DNA from: Phycisphaeraceae bacterium
Lineage (GTDB): Bacteria; Planctomycetota; Phycisphaerae; Phycisphaerales; Zrk34
DNA: 64,000 nt
NCBI GenBank assembly: GCA_040905565.1
Contig: JBBDRF010000085.1
Span: 1 to 64,000, forward strand
Reading direction: 5' to 3'
Positions within the stretch are counted from its first letter, which is position 1; the number at the start of each line of letters is the position of its first letter. The translations under genes were made by a program, and so were the position numbers. The notes under the pieces are model-generated. The model was not told where the DNA came from. It ran no database searches and saw only the letters and a list, made by a program, of their open reading frames with translations. Below are positions 59,618 to 64,000 of the stretch, piece after piece.

Positions 59618-62329
59618 ATGTGCACACGGAGGTCTCGCAGCATGCAACGACGATCAAGATGTAACCTCATTGTTCTCACACCCCGTCATCGATGTCAGGT
59701 CACGGATGACCTGTTCAAACTGATCGATGAACTTGCGAGCGAGGCCGCCTTCGACGTCGGCAGACGTGAGGGCGCCCCGCAGGACGCCCGTGTGGCTTGG
59801 TTCACGGATGCTGCCAAGGCATGCAGGACGTTTGAGGCGAAAGCGCGGAGAAAACATGCCTGCGCCGGCTTGTTCGTTGTGCTGCGAGATGAGAACGATC
59901 TTGATGCGGACGTCGAGCGGCTGCTCGAGCGGGCGGAAGCCTCGCGCCATGAATCGCCGCTGTTCGTGCTCGTCCACCATGATGCGGCGTCGGCTGTCGC
60001 ACGCCACGTCGCCGACTTGAGCGCTAGAGTGCAGACACTGCCCTATCCGCTGACAAGCGTGGCGGCGGTGCAGCTTGCAACAAGCTTCGTCATCGCCGCG
60101 TCTCAGCGGGCCACAACGCGCCACCAGCGACGTCACCAGCGCGTCAAGCGCGACCTACAACAGCTTCGTTCCGCACTGGATCACCATGCGATCGTCGCCA
60201 TCACCGATGCGTCAGGCACCATCCTTGACGTCAATGCCAAGTTCTGCGAATTGAGCCAGTATAGGCGTGACGAACTGATCGGCCGCGATCATCGTGTCGT
60301 CAATTCAGGCCATCACGGCCGGCAGTTTTGGTCGAGCATGTGGGCGACAATCAGTCGTGGAGATGTCTGGTCCGGTGAGGTGTGCAATCGCGCTCGCGAC
60401 GGCAGCCGGTACTGGGTTCAGACGACAATCGTGCCGCTGTGCAACAGTCGAGGCCGAATCACAAGGCATTTGGCCATCCGCACCGACGTCACACAGGGTA
60501 AACAAGTTGAGCACGCGCTCAGCAGCGCCCAACAGGAACTTGAGGAGCGCGTTGCAGAACGCACCCAGGCATTGCAGGCGAGTCGGGAACGTTATGCGTT
60601 GGCCGCACGTGGTGCGAACGACGGGCTGTGGGATTGGGATCTCACCAGCGATGAAATCTATTACGCCGAACGCTGGAAGTTGATGCTCGGGTACAGCGAT
60701 TTGGAAATTTCGGACAAGCCCGAGGAGTGGTTCAGCCGGGTGCATCCCGCCGACGTTCAGCAACTTCTGGCGGACATCGAGGTGCACCGACAGGTGGCTA
60801 GCGACCATTTTCACAACGAGCATCGTTTGCGACGGCGGGACGGCAGCTACGCATGGATGCTCTGCCGAGCACTGGTGGTGCGGGATCAGAGCGGGCAGGC
60901 GATTCGGTTGGTGGGATCCATCGCGGACATCACCACACGCCGCGCCGCTGAGGATCAGTTGCGTTACAAGTCGCTTCACGATGACTTGACGGACCTGCCC
61001 AACCGGGCGCTCTTTAATGAACGCCTTGACGCCTGCATTCGCCGCGCCCACCATAACCCCAGCCACCGGTTTGCCGTGGTATTTCTTGACCTTGATCGGT
61101 TTAAGCTGATCAACGACTGCCTCGGCCACGACGTCGGCGATCAACTGCTTAAACAGGTTGCGCAGCGTTTGCGACAGGCGGTAACGGCAAGCGACGCTTC
61201 CACGCCACGCATCCGCACCTATCATACGGTGGCGCGTATGGGCGGCGACGAATTCACAGTCATCCTCGACGGAATTGGCGAAACCGAAGCCGTTGAGCGC
61301 ATCGCAGATGCGATTCAAGCTAACCTCAGCCGCCCCTTCCGCATCGGTCCGCATGAGGTCGTCACCAGTGCCAGCATGGGCATTCGGATGAGCCAGCCGC
61401 CCGACCAGGCGACCGACACCCCCCTCGACGCGGACAACATCCTACGCGACGCCGACACGGCAATGTACACAGCCAAGGCGAGAGGCAAAGCCCAGCATGC
61501 CATCTTCGGGCAGGACATGCATCAGCAGGTGCGCAGCCGCATGGAACTGGAGCGAGATCTACGCAACGCGCTCGCGCTCGGGCAACTGAGGCTGAATTAC
61601 CAGCCGATCATCTCGCTGGAAAGCGGCGACGTCCGCGGCTTCGAAGCCCTGCTCCGATGGCATCATCCGGTGCGGGGCGATATCTCGCCGGCCACGTTCA
61701 TTCCCATCGCGGAGGAGTTGGGCATCATCGTGGAGATCGGTGCTTGGGTTTTACGCCAGGCTTGTATGCAGTTGAACGCATGGTCGCAACGGGTGCCTGA
61801 TGCGGCGATGCTGAGTATGAGCGTGAACCTCTCCCGCCGACAGTTACTCGATCCGGATTTCCTGAAGGTTGTTGATGAAATTCTCAGTCAGGCAGAGATT
61901 CACCCCAGCCAAGTGAATCTCGAGATTACCGAAAGCTTGATCGTCGATGATCCGCAGACGTTCACGGGAACGCTCAACCTTCTACGTGAGCTGGGCGTCG
62001 CTTTGCACATGGACGACTTCGGAACAGGTCACTCGTCGCTGAGTTGCCTGCACCGCTTCCCACTGGACGCGTTAAAAATCGACCGGGCGTTCATCCACAA
62101 CATGGGACAGAGGGCTGACTACGCCGCCGTGGTTCAGGCCATTGTCACCCTGGCGCACAATCTAAACATGCGGGTGATCGCGGAGGGCGTAGAACTGCCC
62201 GAGCAACTCGCGCAGCTTCAGGCGCTCGAGTGCGACGATGCGCAAGGTTGGCTTCTCTCGGCCCCCTTATCAGCCGCCGATGCCGAAGCCTTCCTCCGCG
62301 AACCGATCCCGTTCGCGCGCTCGGCATGA
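59618..62329 (+). CDS. PAS-PAS-GGDEF-EAL cyclic di-GMP enzyme
   Basis: Two PAS/PAC domains, HDDLTDLPNR, RMGGDEF, FEALLRW, DDFGTGHSS; start uncertain. Confidence 0.93.
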   Translation: MCTRRSRSMQRRSRCNLIVLTPRHRCQVTDDLFKLIDELASEAAFDVGRREGAPQDARVAWFTDAAKACRTFEAKARRKHACAGLFVVLRDENDLDADVERLLERAEASRHESPLFVLVHHDAASAVARHVADLSARVQTLPYPLTSVAAVQLATSFVIAASQRATTRHQRRHQRVKRDLQQLRSALDHHAIVAITDASGTILDVNAKFCELSQYRRDELIGRDHRVVNSGHHGRQFWSSMWATISRGDVWSGEVCNRARDGSRYWVQTTIVPLCNSRGRITRHLAIRTDVTQGKQVEHALSSAQQELEERVAERTQALQASRERYALAARGANDGLWDWDLTSDEIYYAERWKLMLGYSDLEISDKPEEWFSRVHPADVQQLLADIEVHRQVASDHFHNEHRLRRRDGSYAWMLCRALVVRDQSGQAIRLVGSIADITTRRAAEDQLRYKSLHDDLTDLPNRALFNERLDACIRRAHHNPSHRFAVVFLDLDRFKLINDCLGHDVGDQLLKQVAQRLRQAVTASDASTPRIRTYHTVARMGGDEFTVILDGIGETEAVERIADAIQANLSRPFRIGPHEVVTSASMGIRMSQPPDQATDTPLDADNILRDADTAMYTAKARGKAQHAIFGQDMHQQVRSRMELERDLRNALALGQLRLNYQPIISLESGDVRGFEALLRWHHPVRGDISPATFIPIAEELGIIVEIGAWVLRQACMQLNAWSQRVPDAAMLSMSVNLSRRQLLDPDFLKVVDEILSQAEIHPSQVNLEITESLIVDDPQTFTGTLNLLRELGVALHMDDFGTGHSSLSCLHRFPLDALKIDRAFIHNMGQRADYAAVVQAIVTLAHNLNMRVIAEGVELPEQLAQLQALECDDAQGWLLSAPLSAADAEAFLREPIPFARSA

Positions 62330-62425
62330 GCGTGCCTTGGTCGCTGGCCAACCACCACGTCACACTTCTTTTCTATCGTTGATCATGTGCGCTATTCAAG
62401 CGGGCCGACCCACCATCTTGGCGGC

Positions 62426-62919
62426 TTACTTCTCCACGATACTCAGCGCCTTCGCCGTCGCCTTGTCCACTGCATCCAACATTGTTCCTCCATACGCGCG
62501 CGGTTCAGCGAGCGATGTCTAGGTGATGTCGTCTAGTTTCCGCTTCGCCATCCGGCGGCGGTCGCTCTTGGACAGCGACATCAGCCGGACCAGGTGCTCA
62601 CGGGTGACCGGGTGCGGCCCCTTGCGGCAGGTCTTGATCAGGTGCTCAAGTTGGTTTGGCGTGCACCCACGATCCGGATCGGCGAACTTCCGGACTCTCC
62701 CGAGCATCGTAGGGGTGAGGCCAGCTTTCTTCGCAGCTTTCGCTGCCTCACCGCTGTGGAACCTACTGGGGTGATCCTCAAGGCTCTGCAGCCCGATCTC
62801 GTAGAACTGCTCAATCGAGTCGGCCGCCTTCTGAGGATCCATGACACGAATTCCCCGGCCACCCCTCCGCCTGGCACGCGGCTTTCTCCCAGCGCTGCTG
62901 CGTCGATCTTCTTTGCCAT
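62426..62919 (-). pseudogene. Degraded hypothetical gene
   Basis: ORF 62519..62842 continues in frame past TAG (TSLAEP...LSIVEK*); possible frameshifted start at 62919. Confidence 0.4.
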
Positions 62920-63459
62920 GCCTCTGTCTCCCGCTAAAGATTGTTCGTCACCGCCGTGGTCTCAGCCTGCTGCGCTGGGGCCGAGATGATGTTAACAAAC
63001 CGTCGTGGTTGTGGGGTGTTCGGCACGAGTCGGTACGGATTCTGGTGCAGGCCGCCTCTGACATTTCATGATGTTAACATCAGGAAAATGGCGGGCGTGC
63101 CGGTCGAGGCGGTCTCAGCCGGTTGGGGCAAAACGCTGATATATTGTCACGACGACTGCCTTCGACGTTGGCTCAAGCCCAACGCCTGGCAACCGCACCC
63201 ACTCCGCCACGCCAAGCCACCGCCCCCGCTTTGCGACCACAGCTGGGCCTCGTCGCCCAGCGCGAAGGTGATCAACCGGGAGCGGTGCGTGAGACGACGG
63301 CAAAAAGATTCGGAACAAATCTCAAATTCGACGTTCCGGAAGATCCGGTTTCCGCATCATCTCTATAGACGAAGCGAAATTTTCTGTGGAAGAGACTGCA
63401 GATGGGCGTGTCACGAATCGTGGAAGAGACGGGCGTCGGCTCGGACGAAGGCGGGTGCC

Positions 63460-63552
63460 TCAACGGCCTGCGGCATTGGATGCGGATCACGGCGCGGTGC
63501 CTACAGCGATCGCTGCCCGTTCTTGATGAAGGCGATGCCCCACGGCCCTCGC
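63460..63552 (+). repeat. Right copy of the unknown gene fragment (45-nt in-frame deletion relative to 47144..47281)
   Basis: Direct sequence match to the left copy. Confidence 0.85.
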
Positions 63553-63802
63553 TGCCCCAGTCGTGGAAGCCCAGATCACTTGACAGATCAATCCGCGCCA
63601 CCCCAAACCCCACCGAAAGGGCCCGCTCGCGCAACAGCTCAAGAAGATGGGTCTTGCCGTGCCCGTAGGGACCTTCGTAGAAGCGGCAGGTCGAGCCGCC
63701 TTGCGCAACGATGTCCGAGAAAACCTCTTGCTCGAAATGGTCGATGTACTCACCCGTTCCCACTTCCAAGAGCGCCGCCGCCCCCGGTTCGCTCCGGGAC
63801 AC
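63551..63802 (-). pseudogene. N-terminal fragment of a P-loop ATPase resembling BrxD/DUF2791
   Basis: LLEVGT...GGSTCRFYEGPYGHGKTHLLELLRERALSVGFGVARIDLS, truncated at the repeat. Confidence 0.6.
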
Positions 63803-63837
63803 GGTGTCCGATGAATTGATGAGACGAAAGGAGCCCG

Positions 63838-64000
63838 ATGAATTCGGCGATGACCCGAGCGTTGGTGAGTGTATGTTTCGTACTGGCGCCGCTGACGGCG
63901 GCGCAGGCGGAGGACAATCCGGTCCGGCCGAACATTGTGTTCATTCTTGCCGACGATCTGGGCAAGGAGTGGGTCAGCGCCTACGGCGCGGAGGATATCG
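63838..64000 (+). CDS. Sulfatase-family protein, 3'-truncated by window
   Basis: Signal peptide then RPNIVFILADDLG. Confidence 0.85.
   Translation, partial: MNSAMTRALVSVCFVLAPLTAAQAEDNPVRPNIVFILADDLGKEWVSAYGAEDI

Noticed and set aside
53454..63368. Amber recoding or pyrrolysine, suggested by in-frame TAGs at 53454, 62519 and 63366
   Set aside because: TAG ends acyP, recN, the kinase and the FixJ-type gene at natural positions, and internal TAGs occur only in a decaying region; nonsense mutation is simpler
47144..63552. attL/attR or target-site duplication
   Set aside because: Copies differ synonymously and by an in-frame deletion; no integrase or transposase is present
1..64000. CRISPR array, prophage, rRNA
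   Set aside because: No regularly spaced repeats, phage structural genes or rRNA motifs seen

Overview
High-GC bacterial DNA, most consistent with a planctomycete (probably Phycisphaerae). This is inferred from planctomycete-type secreted proteins, a prepilin/H-X9-DG-type protein, a VPTP sorting tail and a sulfatase start. Bases 1-46.5 kb are mostly housekeeping and envelope genes: gmk, pyrB, pyrR, recR, rpoN, icd, acyP, RNase P RNA, DUF58/transglutaminase, mqnD, an S1 protein, glycosyltransferases, a heavy-metal RND efflux operon, tRNA-Val, a DASS transporter, a DUF3494 ice-binding-like protein, recN, holB and ricT. Bases 46.6-63.8 kb look like a decaying accessory island. It holds a heme-c MCP-cheW-cheR-cheA-cheX-cheY-fapA-cheB operon and a divergent PAS/GAF kinase-FixJ-GGDEF/EAL operon. 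It is bracketed by two partial copies of the same unknown gene and by mobile/defence-like gene relics (a Cys-rich fragment and a BrxD-like P-loop fragment). cheR carries an in-frame amber codon and the kinase has a frameshifting deletion. Other notable items are a 120-bp MITE-like repeat in two copies, a small membrane-anchored sigma-region-4-only protein, and several genes with clean internal deletions. I found no CRISPR array, DGR, retron or intact prophage, and I cannot claim a definitively new system. All family assignments are by motif recognition without database searches.
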